Positions 8,290 through 16,482 of a DNA stretch of 24,000 nucleotides are shown piece after piece. Source of the DNA: an uncultured Planctomycetia bacterium (GTDB lineage: Bacteria > Omnitrophota > Gorgyraeia > Duberdicusellales > 4484-171); assembly GCA_964605645.1 (NCBI GenBank), contig CAZSDJ010000007.1:1-24000 (forward strand). Direction: 5' to 3'. The translations under genes were made by a program, and so were the position numbers. The notes below the pieces were generated by a model. That model was not told where the DNA came from. It saw only the letters and a list, made by a program, of their open reading frames with translations, and searched no databases. Numbering within the stretch: position 1 is the first letter of the stretch; each line of letters begins with the position of its first letter.

Positions 8290-9887
8290 TGAAATTACAA
8301 AGATTGTTTTTAATTTTAATTTTAATATTTACATTTAGTTTAACTATCTTTTCTTCATCTGTTTTTAGCCGAGATGATTATTATCAAGCATTAATGTTTG
8401 AAGAAGGGGCAGGAGAAGGCTTAGATATTGTGGTTGGCGATATTCAAGTTATTAAGGTAGAGGGAATAAAAAGGGTATCAATTCGTGATCCGAATATTGC
8501 TAATATTCAAAAAGCAGAAGCAGGTGAAATTATAATTGCCGGAAAATCGCAAGGATCAACGGTGCTTTCGGTATGGACGCAAAGCGGTAAACAACAATTT
8601 CAAATCAATGTAATTTCTGAAGATTTACCGGCATTGAAGAAAAAACTTGAAGAAATCATTCACCAAAAGTTAGGGATAACAGAGGTAACTTTGCGCGAAA
8701 ATAAATCGACTGGAAAAATTATGCTGTTGGGCAATATCACCCAAAACCAACGAAATAAAATTGAGCAAGTCATTGCTCCTTTTGCGAATAAGATTGAAGA
8801 TTTATTAATTACTAAAAAAGAACAGGAAATGGTAGAAATTGACGTTCAAATTTTAGAACTGAATAGAACTGATGCAAAAAATTTAGGCGTAGATTGGATG
8901 GATAGTATCGATATTACCGAAGCAGCTCCGGCAGCTTCAAGAAGTTGGAAATCGTTATGGCAGACAGGTACTTGGTCGCGGGGTAATTTAAATGCTACTT
9001 TAAATTTATTAATTAAAGAAGATAAAGGCAGAGTTTTATCAAGGCCAAAATTACTTTGTTTAAATGGTGAAGAAGCCGAGCTTTTGGTAGGTGGAGAAGT
9101 TCCCGTTTTAACAGAGGCGACAATCGGTGCAGGGAGCGGAACAAGTTCGGCTTCGATTGAATACAAAGAATACGGGATAAAACTTTTGATTAAACCTTTT
9201 ATTTTAGAAGAACAAATTTATCTCTCAATTACAGCCGAGGTGAGTGATGTAACTTCTGTAAACGCACTCACTGTTCAAGGCACGACTACACCTGCCTTTA
9301 CTGTAAGAAGAGCCCAAACGGTAGTTAATGTTGAATCAGGTGATACTGTATTTTTAGGAGGCCTTATCGACAGTGATGATTCAGACATTATTGAGAAATT
9401 GCCCGGATTTTCTCAAATTCCGATTTTAGGGGCACTTTTTCGTTCCAAGGATTTTACTAGTGAAAAGACTGAGCTTTTTATTACTTTGACTCCTAAAATT
9501 ATTAATTTAAGGAAAAAAGCAACAGCTTTGAAAACTGACAGTAAGTTTGAAGCTAAGCCGGAAGAGAGCCTTTTATACCAAAAATCTTCAATCCCTTTTG
9601 ATTTGCAAGGTTATGTACTGAGAGTTCAAAAAATAATATCAAATAATATAACTTATCCGCGAGAATTGTCAGGGACCGGTTGGAAAGGCAGGGTTGTTTT
9701 GTATTTAGAAGTTAATCAATATGGCGAGCTTTTAGATGTAAAGATAAAGAAGTCTTCCGGTTATAAAATATTTGACAAAGATGCTCTAGATTTGGTGAAA
9801 AAACTCAACTTCCATCCTTTTCCTTCTGAATTTGAAGAAGAAGAAATTAATATCGAAATTCCGATAGTTTATCGGGAATATAGGTAA
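8289..9887 (+). CDS. cpaC: CpaC/RcpA-type secretin with an added C-terminal TonB_C-like domain
   Basis: 532 aa with a signal peptide. Pilus-N domain (GDIQVIKVEGIKRVSIRDPNIANI…GSTVLSVW). Canonical secretin core (…VLSRPKLLCLNGEEAELLVGGEVPV…IEYKEYGIKLLIKP…EKLPGFSQIPILGALFRSK…ELFITLTPKII). The last ~90 aa (nt ~9606-9884: YPRELSGTGWKGRVVLYLEVNQYGELLDVKIKKSSGYKIFDKDALDLVKKLNFHPFP) read as a TonB C-terminal domain. Confidence 0.8.
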   Translation: MKLQRLFLILILIFTFSLTIFSSSVFSRDDYYQALMFEEGAGEGLDIVVGDIQVIKVEGIKRVSIRDPNIANIQKAEAGEIIIAGKSQGSTVLSVWTQSGKQQFQINVISEDLPALKKKLEEIIHQKLGITEVTLRENKSTGKIMLLGNITQNQRNKIEQVIAPFANKIEDLLITKKEQEMVEIDVQILELNRTDAKNLGVDWMDSIDITEAAPAASRSWKSLWQTGTWSRGNLNATLNLLIKEDKGRVLSRPKLLCLNGEEAELLVGGEVPVLTEATIGAGSGTSSASIEYKEYGIKLLIKPFILEEQIYLSITAEVSDVTSVNALTVQGTTTPAFTVRRAQTVVNVESGDTVFLGGLIDSDDSDIIEKLPGFSQIPILGALFRSKDFTSEKTELFITLTPKIINLRKKATALKTDSKFEAKPEESLLYQKSSIPFDLQGYVLRVQKIISNNITYPRELSGTGWKGRVVLYLEVNQYGELLDVKIKKSSGYKIFDKDALDLVKKLNFHPFPSEFEEEEINIEIPIVYREYR

Positions 9888-9966
9888 TTATATAATTAAT
9901 CTTGACGGCAGAAGTTAAAAACCTTTCCTTAAGGGAACTAATCTTAAAACAAAATAATTGTTAAAA

Positions 9967-12135
9967 ATGGATAATTCTAAATTAATTACTTTAATTAGTC
10001 CAAAAGGCGGGGTAGGCAAGACTATTATTTCCCTTAATTTGGCAACCGCTCTTTCTTTAAAGAAGAAAAAAACAATATTGCTTGATCTAGATTTACGGGC
10101 ACCGCAGGGAACTCATAAATTAATGAATATAAAGTGCAAATATTCACTTTATAATTTAGCCGGTTCAATTCAAAAATTTAAAAGTGAAGAGCGCCATCTG
10201 GAAAGTTATATCTCCCGCCATAGCAGCGGTTTATTTTTTGTGCCGGGGATTTTAAGAACAAAAGAAAAGTTTTCTTTAACTCCAGAGGTGATTCGAGATT
10301 TTCTTTCCCTTCTTTCCACAAAATTCGAATATGTAATAATTGATGGTGGTAGTGAGTTAACAGATCAACTAATAACCACTCTGGATAGTTCTAATTTAAT
10401 TGGACTAGTTTTATCACCGGACATTGTCTCAATCTATCAGAATGAGTGGATTATCGATACTTTACAGAGCTTAGGTTATCCGTTGAGCATGGTTAAGACT
10501 ATTCTAAATAGAGCCCAAAGCAAAGGTGGGGTTAGTGTGCAGGAGATAAAAGTATTATTAAATAGTGAAATAATTTCACAAATACCTTCGGAAGGGAAAG
10601 TGGTAGGCTATGCGGTGAACAAGGGCAATCCGGTTGTAATGGATAGTCCCAAAGCTAAAATTAGTGAGGCATTTAACGAATTAGCAGATAAGTTAATCAC
10701 TAAACCAAGTATTTTCATAGCCAGGAAAAATTTACAGGATATCAGGATAAAAACAGTTAAAGAAAAAGAAACTCAAGCAAGTATTTTAGAAAAAAGTTTA
10801 GGTGAAAAAAAAGCACCTCAGAAATTAGCGGAAGAAGAAGATGCTGTAATTCAGCTGAAAAAAAGAACTCAAAGTAGACTTCTTGATGAAATGGACCTAA
10901 AACGACTTCCCCTGGAAAAAATCTTATCGGATAAGCATCAGATGAAATCTTTACGAGATAAAGCAAAAAAGATAGTGACAAATATTATCGCACAAGAAGC
11001 TGGCGGGTTTATTTCATCAGCCGAGGTAAGAGCAAAAATAATCAAAGAAGTCCTAGATGAAGCCTTAGGCCTGGGGCCTTTAGAAGATTTGTTGAATGAC
11101 CCCGAAGTAACAGAAGTTATGGTCAATAATAAAGACCAGGTTTTTATTGAAGAAAAAGGAAAATTAAAACTTACTACCAAGAAATTTATATCTAACAATC
11201 AAGTAAGGATTATAATTGAAAGGGTCCTTGCTCCCCTGGGAAGAAGAATAGATGAATCAGTGCCCTATGTGGATGCTCGGCTGCAAGACGGTTCCCGGGT
11301 GAATGCGATAATTCCGCCGCTGTCGTTAAGTGGGCCAACTATAACTATTCGTAAATTTGCCCACGAAAGGTTTAATATGGAAGATTTAATCAACAGGTTT
11401 GGCAGTTTAACGTCAGATATGGGTAAATTTTTAAAAGCTTCAGTTGAATCGAGGAAAAATATACTGGTGTCCGGTGGAACCGGTTCAGGTAAAACTACCT
11501 TTTTAAATATTTTATCTTCATATTTACCGGGAGATGAGCGAATTGTGACTATCGAAGATTCCGCTGAACTAAAGTTGCACCAAAGGCATTGGATTCGACT
11601 TGAATCACGGCCGCCTAACATCGAAGGCAAAGGGGCGATAACAATTCGCGAATTATTTCGTAATACTTTAAGAATGAGGCCGGATCGGATTGTAGTGGGT
11701 GAATGCCGCGGCCAAGAGGTATTAGATATGCTCCAGGCGATGAATACCGGCCACGACGGCAGCATGACCACCATTCATGCTAACTCACCCCAAGATGTAT
11801 TAATTCGCCTCGATAGTATGATTTTAATGAGCGGTGTGGATTTGCCGTTGCGGGCAATAAGGGAAATGATCGCATCGGCTCTCGATTTAGTAGTACAAAC
11901 TGCGCGGCTTTCCGATGGATCGCGTAAAGTTACTAAGATTACTGAAATTGCCGGAATGACTGATGAAACTCATATCAATTTACAAGATATATTTACTTTT
12001 CGCCAAACCGGCATTGGCAAGAATCAAGAAGTTGTTGGTGATTTCGTGCCATTGGGCAATATTCCTACTTATTATGATGAAATGAAAGCAAGAGGTATAG
12101 AATTACCGCGGGATATGTTTATCCCCGAGGAATAA
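9967..12135 (+). CDS. fusion protein: TadZ/CpaE-like ParA/MinD-type ATPase (N-terminal) + TadA/CpaF type IV filament ATPase (C-terminal)
   Basis: The N-terminus has the deviant Walker A LISPKGGVGKTIISLNLA and the MinD/ParA layout (~250 aa). A K/E-rich linker follows. The CpaF core has Walker A VSGGTGSGKTTFLN, Asp box TIEDSAEL, Walker B RPDRIVVGECRG and His box GHDGSMTTIHA. The ORF track starts at TTG 9958; ATG 9967 is preferred. Confidence 0.85.
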   Translation: MDNSKLITLISPKGGVGKTIISLNLATALSLKKKKTILLDLDLRAPQGTHKLMNIKCKYSLYNLAGSIQKFKSEERHLESYISRHSSGLFFVPGILRTKEKFSLTPEVIRDFLSLLSTKFEYVIIDGGSELTDQLITTLDSSNLIGLVLSPDIVSIYQNEWIIDTLQSLGYPLSMVKTILNRAQSKGGVSVQEIKVLLNSEIISQIPSEGKVVGYAVNKGNPVVMDSPKAKISEAFNELADKLITKPSIFIARKNLQDIRIKTVKEKETQASILEKSLGEKKAPQKLAEEEDAVIQLKKRTQSRLLDEMDLKRLPLEKILSDKHQMKSLRDKAKKIVTNIIAQEAGGFISSAEVRAKIIKEVLDEALGLGPLEDLLNDPEVTEVMVNNKDQVFIEEKGKLKLTTKKFISNNQVRIIIERVLAPLGRRIDESVPYVDARLQDGSRVNAIIPPLSLSGPTITIRKFAHERFNMEDLINRFGSLTSDMGKFLKASVESRKNILVSGGTGSGKTTFLNILSSYLPGDERIVTIEDSAELKLHQRHWIRLESRPPNIEGKGAITIRELFRNTLRMRPDRIVVGECRGQEVLDMLQAMNTGHDGSMTTIHANSPQDVLIRLDSMILMSGVDLPLRAIREMIASALDLVVQTARLSDGSRKVTKITEIAGMTDETHINLQDIFTFRQTGIGKNQEVVGDFVPLGNIPTYYDEMKARGIELPRDMFIPEE

Positions 12136-12137
12136 TT

Positions 12138-13202
12138 ATGGCAGAAGGCGTAGAAAAATTAAATAAGTTATTGGCTGATCCAAAAACTACAGAAATCATG
12201 ATTAACGGCCCTCAGGCTGTTTTTTTAGAAAAAGACGGTAAAACTTACAAGGAAGATTCTGTAAGTTTTAGCGAAAAAGAGATAGAAGATATTATAAAAG
12301 ATTTTTTTATAAAAAATGGAAAGATGGTGTCCCACAATCATCCTTATGCGGATGTTTGCCTCGAGGATGGATCACGCCTGAATATAATTTTAGCCCCGAT
12401 GTCACGCTGCGGCAGTTCAATTACAATCAGAAAGTTTTCTCAAGAACTAAAAAGTCTAGATGATTTATTGCAACGGGATGCAATGAGTAAAAATATGGCT
12501 GAATTTTTAAAAAGCTGTATCCAGGCAAAACTCAATATATTATTTTCCGGGGCAACCGGAACCGGTAAAACCACTACTTTAGAGATGCTTTCTTATTCAA
12601 TCCCCAAAGATGAAAGAATTGTAACTATTGAAGATACTGCAGAACTTCAGCTGCATCAGCCAAATTTAGTCCCACTGGAAACTCGTGATCCGGATGAAGA
12701 AGGTAGAGGGGGGGTAACTTTAAGAGATTTAATAAAAAATGCTCTCCGCATGCGCCCGGATCGAATAATTTTAGGTGAAGTACGCGGGGAGGAAGCTTTA
12801 GATATGGTACAAGCGATGGCAACCGGCCATACCGGGACTTTAGCGGTAGTTCACGGCAGCAGTCCTAAAGATATATTAGGCCGAATTGAGGCGATGGTTT
12901 TATCTTCCGGGATAAAACTGCCTTTAGAGGAAATTAGAAAAATGTTGGCGGCAACTTTAGATATTGTTGTGCAGCACCATCGCTTTGTCGATGGTTCCCG
13001 CCGGATTACTCATATTACAGAAGTAAGGGATATTCAGCAAGGAGAAATCGTTTTACAGGATTTATTTGTTTTTCGACGCGAAGGCAAAACTTCGGAAGGA
13101 AAAATTAAAGGAAGTTTCAAAACGGTGATGAAGAGATATCCTAAATTTTTCACCGATATGCGCCGTATGAACTTAATCGACGATAAAATCTTTTCCGATT
13201 AA
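12138..13202 (+). CDS. cpaF: second, stand-alone TadA/CpaF-type type IV filament ATPase
   Basis: 354 aa, starting 2 nt after the upstream stop. Walker A FSGATGTGKTTTLE, TIEDTAEL, RPDRIILGEVRGEEA and GHTGTLAVVHG are all intact. The compact N-terminal domain is similar to the corresponding region of the fusion protein. Confidence 0.85.
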   Translation: MAEGVEKLNKLLADPKTTEIMINGPQAVFLEKDGKTYKEDSVSFSEKEIEDIIKDFFIKNGKMVSHNHPYADVCLEDGSRLNIILAPMSRCGSSITIRKFSQELKSLDDLLQRDAMSKNMAEFLKSCIQAKLNILFSGATGTGKTTTLEMLSYSIPKDERIVTIEDTAELQLHQPNLVPLETRDPDEEGRGGVTLRDLIKNALRMRPDRIILGEVRGEEALDMVQAMATGHTGTLAVVHGSSPKDILGRIEAMVLSSGIKLPLEEIRKMLAATLDIVVQHHRFVDGSRRITHITEVRDIQQGEIVLQDLFVFRREGKTSEGKIKGSFKTVMKRYPKFFTDMRRMNLIDDKIFSD

Positions 13203-13212
13203 TCCACTCCAG

Positions 13213-13367
13213 AGGGGACGTTTCCCTCTTTCATAACTAATTGATTAACAACAAGTTGCAAAGGTATATTTTCCGCGTTTTTATTAGCTATGCATATTTT
13301 TTCCTGGAAATGTTGCCTTCATAACCAATTGTATAGCAAGGGGTTACAAACGAGGGAAACGTCCCCT
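13213..13367. repeat. 155-bp segment bounded by perfect 16-bp inverted repeats (AGGGGACGTTTCCCTC / GAGGGAAACGTCCCCT), MITE-like or a long hairpin
   Basis: 13213-13228 is the exact reverse complement of 13352-13367. Each arm is also a small self-hairpin. There is no ORF inside. It begins 10 nt after the cpaF stop. Confidence 0.5.
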
Positions 13368-13449
13368 TTTTATACCTTTTTTATATAAATTACAAAATTC
13401 CCTTGAAAAATCTTTTTTTGATATGTTATCTTTAAATCAAAGAGGGTTC

Positions 13450-13476
13450 TAGGGGCACGGCATGCCGTGACCCTAC
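13450..13476. repeat. REP-family palindrome variant (TAGGGGCAC-GGCATGCC-GTGACCCTAC)
   Basis: It shares the outer arms (TAGGGGCAC…GTGnCCCTAC) with the 28-bp palindromes at 18798, 19087 and 20640 but has a different centre. The 14-bp core CACGGCATGCCGTG is a perfect palindrome. Confidence 0.45.
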
Positions 13477-13484
13477 TTAGCCAA

Positions 13485-13509
13485 GGGGGCAAACGCCCCC
13501 TATTTTTTT
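13485..13509 (+). terminator. intrinsic terminator candidate
   Basis: GGGGGC-AAAC-GCCCCC stem-loop followed by TATTTTTTT. Confidence 0.6.
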
Positions 13510-13514
13510 ATCTG

Positions 13515-13542
13515 ATTCCCACCTTTTGGGTGGGAATTTTTA
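13515..13542 (+). terminator. second intrinsic terminator candidate
   Basis: ATTCCCACC-TTTTG-GGTGGGAAT stem-loop followed by TTTTT. In tandem with the previous hairpin. Confidence 0.55.
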
Positions 13543-13562
13543 TGATATAATAAAGGTCAATT

Positions 13563-15509
13563 ATGTTAGAAAAAGTTAATAAGATAATTGATTTTTTACG
13601 CTGGCCGGCATTTTTTCTTCTTTTTTCCTACCTGATTCTTTTTGCTTCTCTTAACTTACATGGTTTAGATTATTTGTTTCACATTAAAAGTGGTGAACAT
13701 ATCTTAGAAAGTGGCCATGTTCTCAGAGAAGATCCTTTTTCATTTACTCAAGCAGGCAAGAAATGGGATGATCATGAATGGCTTTATCAGGTTTTAATTT
13801 ATAAAATTTATCAGCAATTTGGGATTGAAGGGTTAGTTTTATTTAAAACAATAGTCTTAATTACAGCTTTTTTTCTTCTAGCTCTTATTGCTTTAAAGAT
13901 TGATTGGATTTTTGCTTTTTTTCTGATTTTTTTTAGCTTAAAAGTATCCTTTTTGCGTTTTACGCTGCGGCCGGACCATTTTAGTTTTCTCTTTTTTATT
14001 GTTTTTCTGATACCCTTTATCTTTAAAAAAAAGAAATTACTTTATTTACTTCCTTTTGTTCAGCTGATTTGGGTAAATACGCACGGTTTTTTCTTTCTCG
14101 GGCCGGCGGTATTAATTATTTATCTGCTCAGCGCTAAAATAAGTAAGCAACAATTTTCTGATGATTTTTACAAAAGAGTAAAAATTATAACCTTTTTTAC
14201 CTTTTTTGCCTGTTTGCTAAATCCTTATCCAATTGGTACTATCACCTATCCTTTAAAAATTATAAAAGATATATTAACCGGCCAACAAGGTGTTTTTTAT
14301 CAGAGCATACAAGAATTGCGAAAACCGCTAGCAGCTTTTAGTTGGAGTTCTTTATACATAAAATATCTGATAGCTACCAGTTTTTTTGTTTTTATTTTTA
14401 AAAAATTCAATCTTTTTTATGCTGTTCTTTGGCTGGTTATGGTGATTTTTGCCCTAAATTCTACCCGTAATTTCTACTTTTATATCCCGGCAGCAGTAGT
14501 ATTGGCCGTAAATCGATTTCCTTATTTGGAAAAATCTTTTTTAAAAAAAAGTATTACTCCTAAAAGGTTTATTTTTTTAAAAATTGTTTTATTAGTTTTT
14601 ATTGTAAAGATTTGTTTAGCAATTTCAGGTGAAATTATTGATTTACCGAAGACCAAACAGTCATACCTTGATTTTTCTGTAAAGAATTCACTCGCTACTA
14701 GCCAAAAGTCTCTTGGCCGGGAAAAAATTCAATATCCGGAAAAATTAATTGATTTTATAAAAAATAATAAATTGCCTGGGAGGATGTATAACAATTTTAA
14801 TCTTGGCTCAAGCTTAATATTTAATCTCTATCCGGAGAGAAAAGTATTTATTGACGGCAGGGCAGAATTTTACGGCCAAGATTTTTTTAATTTTTATAAT
14901 GAAATTTCATCCGGGGATGAGGAAAAAATAAAGGAAGCCGTCAGCAGATATAAGCTAGAAGGATTTGTGATTAGTTATGTTAGAAACGATCCTCCTGATT
15001 TAATTTTTAGCCTTTACCAGCAAGGCTATAAGTGTATTTATTTCGGGATGGATGGAATAATTTTTATAAAGAATTCAGCCTTAAAAAATTATACCAATTT
15101 AGAGAAAAAAATAGTTGATTTTGATAATTATAAACCAGAAAAAATTAATTTTATTAAAAATATAAAACTCTATACCCCCTACGCCGAAGGTTTGTACAAG
15201 AAAGGTTATATATTGTATAGATTAGGCTTTTATAATCAGAGTAGAATATATATGGACAATTTATTAAATATTTATCCGGGCCATTACAAGGCATTATATA
15301 TTCTGGCGAAAATAAATTATAAGAATAAAAAATATGAACAAGCTTATATTTTTGCGCGTCAGGCGCTTAGTTTTAAATCGGATTTTAAAAAAGCTAAGAA
15401 ATTTATTGCAAAAATTTATCTAGATTTAGGAAAAGAAGAAGAGGCCCAGGAAATTTTAGATAAATTAAATTTAAGTTTAGAAAAATTTAAAAATGAAAAG
15501 GTAAGGTAA
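13563..15509 (+). CDS. large polytopic membrane protein with C-terminal TPR repeats; possible GT-C-fold glycosyltransferase (tentative)
   Basis: 648 aa with about 10 or more hydrophobic helices in the first ~370 aa. The first loop carries an acidic motif (REDPFSFTQAGKKWDDHEWLYQ). The C-terminal ~120 aa read as TPR (…YKKGYILYRLGFYNQS…YKALYILAKINYKNKKYEQAYIFARQAL…). The function is a guess. Confidence 0.35.
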   Translation: MLEKVNKIIDFLRWPAFFLLFSYLILFASLNLHGLDYLFHIKSGEHILESGHVLREDPFSFTQAGKKWDDHEWLYQVLIYKIYQQFGIEGLVLFKTIVLITAFFLLALIALKIDWIFAFFLIFFSLKVSFLRFTLRPDHFSFLFFIVFLIPFIFKKKKLLYLLPFVQLIWVNTHGFFFLGPAVLIIYLLSAKISKQQFSDDFYKRVKIITFFTFFACLLNPYPIGTITYPLKIIKDILTGQQGVFYQSIQELRKPLAAFSWSSLYIKYLIATSFFVFIFKKFNLFYAVLWLVMVIFALNSTRNFYFYIPAAVVLAVNRFPYLEKSFLKKSITPKRFIFLKIVLLVFIVKICLAISGEIIDLPKTKQSYLDFSVKNSLATSQKSLGREKIQYPEKLIDFIKNNKLPGRMYNNFNLGSSLIFNLYPERKVFIDGRAEFYGQDFFNFYNEISSGDEEKIKEAVSRYKLEGFVISYVRNDPPDLIFSLYQQGYKCIYFGMDGIIFIKNSALKNYTNLEKKIVDFDNYKPEKINFIKNIKLYTPYAEGLYKKGYILYRLGFYNQSRIYMDNLLNIYPGHYKALYILAKINYKNKKYEQAYIFARQALSFKSDFKKAKKFIAKIYLDLGKEEEAQEILDKLNLSLEKFKNEKVR

Positions 15510-15510
15510 A

Positions 15511-16440
15511 TTATTTTTTATCAAGAGTGATATTCTTTGCTATATTTTTGATTTCTGCATAAATCTTTGCTTGATCGTTTCCCAAAGTCCAACCGATAAA
15601 TTTTAAGTCAAAATCATTAATTCTAAGGTAAAGTATAAGGTAATCTTGTCTATTGCCCTTTGTGATATCTGTGTATTGAATTTGGAAACCAGTATTTTTA
15701 TTTATAAAAAAAGAAGATTTTTTTACTTTTATATTTCTTTTAAGATTTAAATCATTAGATAAAGTATTTTTAAGAGTTTTTAAACTAAAACTTTTTTTAA
15801 ATAAATTTAATTCTTCGGGGATGATTAAGCAAAATGAATTACCATTTTTTCTGATTAAAGCAATTTCAGCTTCTGTTTTTAAGAATTTTTCCTTTATTTG
15901 AGAAAAATCATCCCTTCTTACTATTTTCCAGTTAGCGGGGGTATTGAGTTTATAATTGAAGGCTGGGCTTATAAATTCTTTTTGTCCGTATTTTTTAAGC
16001 TTTATTAAAAGCTGTTGTTTGTAGCTGATATAATAGGCGGTCAGATAGCCGTTAGTTAAAAGCATAATTACCGTTAAAATAGCTAAAATAGCGGCTCTTT
16101 TTAGCTTATCTAGAGCCAGGAGCCCTAAGCAAAGTAAAGTGACGATTCTAGCCCAAATTAAGCCATATTGGGCATCAACTAGGTAAAATACCAGGAGTGT
16201 GCTAATTAACCCCAAGAATAATCTGAAGAAAAAGGTTCTTTTTATTTTTGGCTTGTTTTGGAAGAATGCATAAGCTAAGTAGAAGTCAAAAAAAGCAAAG
16301 GCAAGTTTTAAATAGCCAAGCAGGTTTATGGGTAAATACATAACCTGCCAAAAGAAAAGAAAGAATTCAGCTAAACCTGTAACGAGAAGGACAAGCGCTA
16401 ATGTTTCGTAGTTTGATTTTAATTTAGATTTTTGGGCCAT
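15511..16440 (-). CDS. hypothetical membrane protein (N-terminal multi-TM region + C-terminal soluble domain)
   Basis: 309-aa ORF with 4-5 hydrophobic helices in the first ~150 aa. No recognisable motif. It is convergent with the previous gene, with only 1 nt between the stop codons. Confidence 0.6.
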   Translation of the reverse strand: MAQKSKLKSNYETLALVLLVTGLAEFFLFFWQVMYLPINLLGYLKLAFAFFDFYLAYAFFQNKPKIKRTFFFRLFLGLISTLLVFYLVDAQYGLIWARIVTLLCLGLLALDKLKRAAILAILTVIMLLTNGYLTAYYISYKQQLLIKLKKYGQKEFISPAFNYKLNTPANWKIVRRDDFSQIKEKFLKTEAEIALIRKNGNSFCLIIPEELNLFKKSFSLKTLKNTLSNDLNLKRNIKVKKSSFFINKNTGFQIQYTDITKGNRQDYLILYLRINDFDLKFIGWTLGNDQAKIYAEIKNIAKNITLDKK

Positions 16441-16482
16441 ATTTATTTTTAGTTACCAGTTGCCAGGCCACCAGTTTCCAGT

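Noticed and set aside
8056-8338. ORFs 8056-8244 (-) and 8093-8338 (+) spanning the cpaB/secretin junction
   Set aside because: They overlap the CpaB and secretin reading frames, which have strong family motifs and 1-nt start/stop coupling. No independent support.
8846-9166. 106-aa antisense ORF in the secretin gene
   Set aside because: It is nested opposite the conserved secretin core.
9958-9966. TTG start at 9958 for the TadZ-TadA fusion (ORF track)
   Set aside because: An in-frame ATG lies 3 codons downstream (9967). Neither has a strong SD. ATG is preferred, but the difference is immaterial.
10757-12822. Antisense ORFs 10757-10981, 10938-11198, 11265-11774 and 12625-12822 within the two ATPase genes
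   Set aside because: They lie opposite CDSs with complete Walker/Asp/His boxes. Long antisense ORFs are common in such genes. They have no RBS or motif.
13543-13551. Extended -10-like TGaTATAAT just upstream of the 648-aa membrane protein gene
   Set aside because: It would leave only ~5-10 nt of leader before ATG 13563, overlapping the weak AAAGG SD. This is plausible only for a near-leaderless transcript, which is too uncertain to list as a feature.
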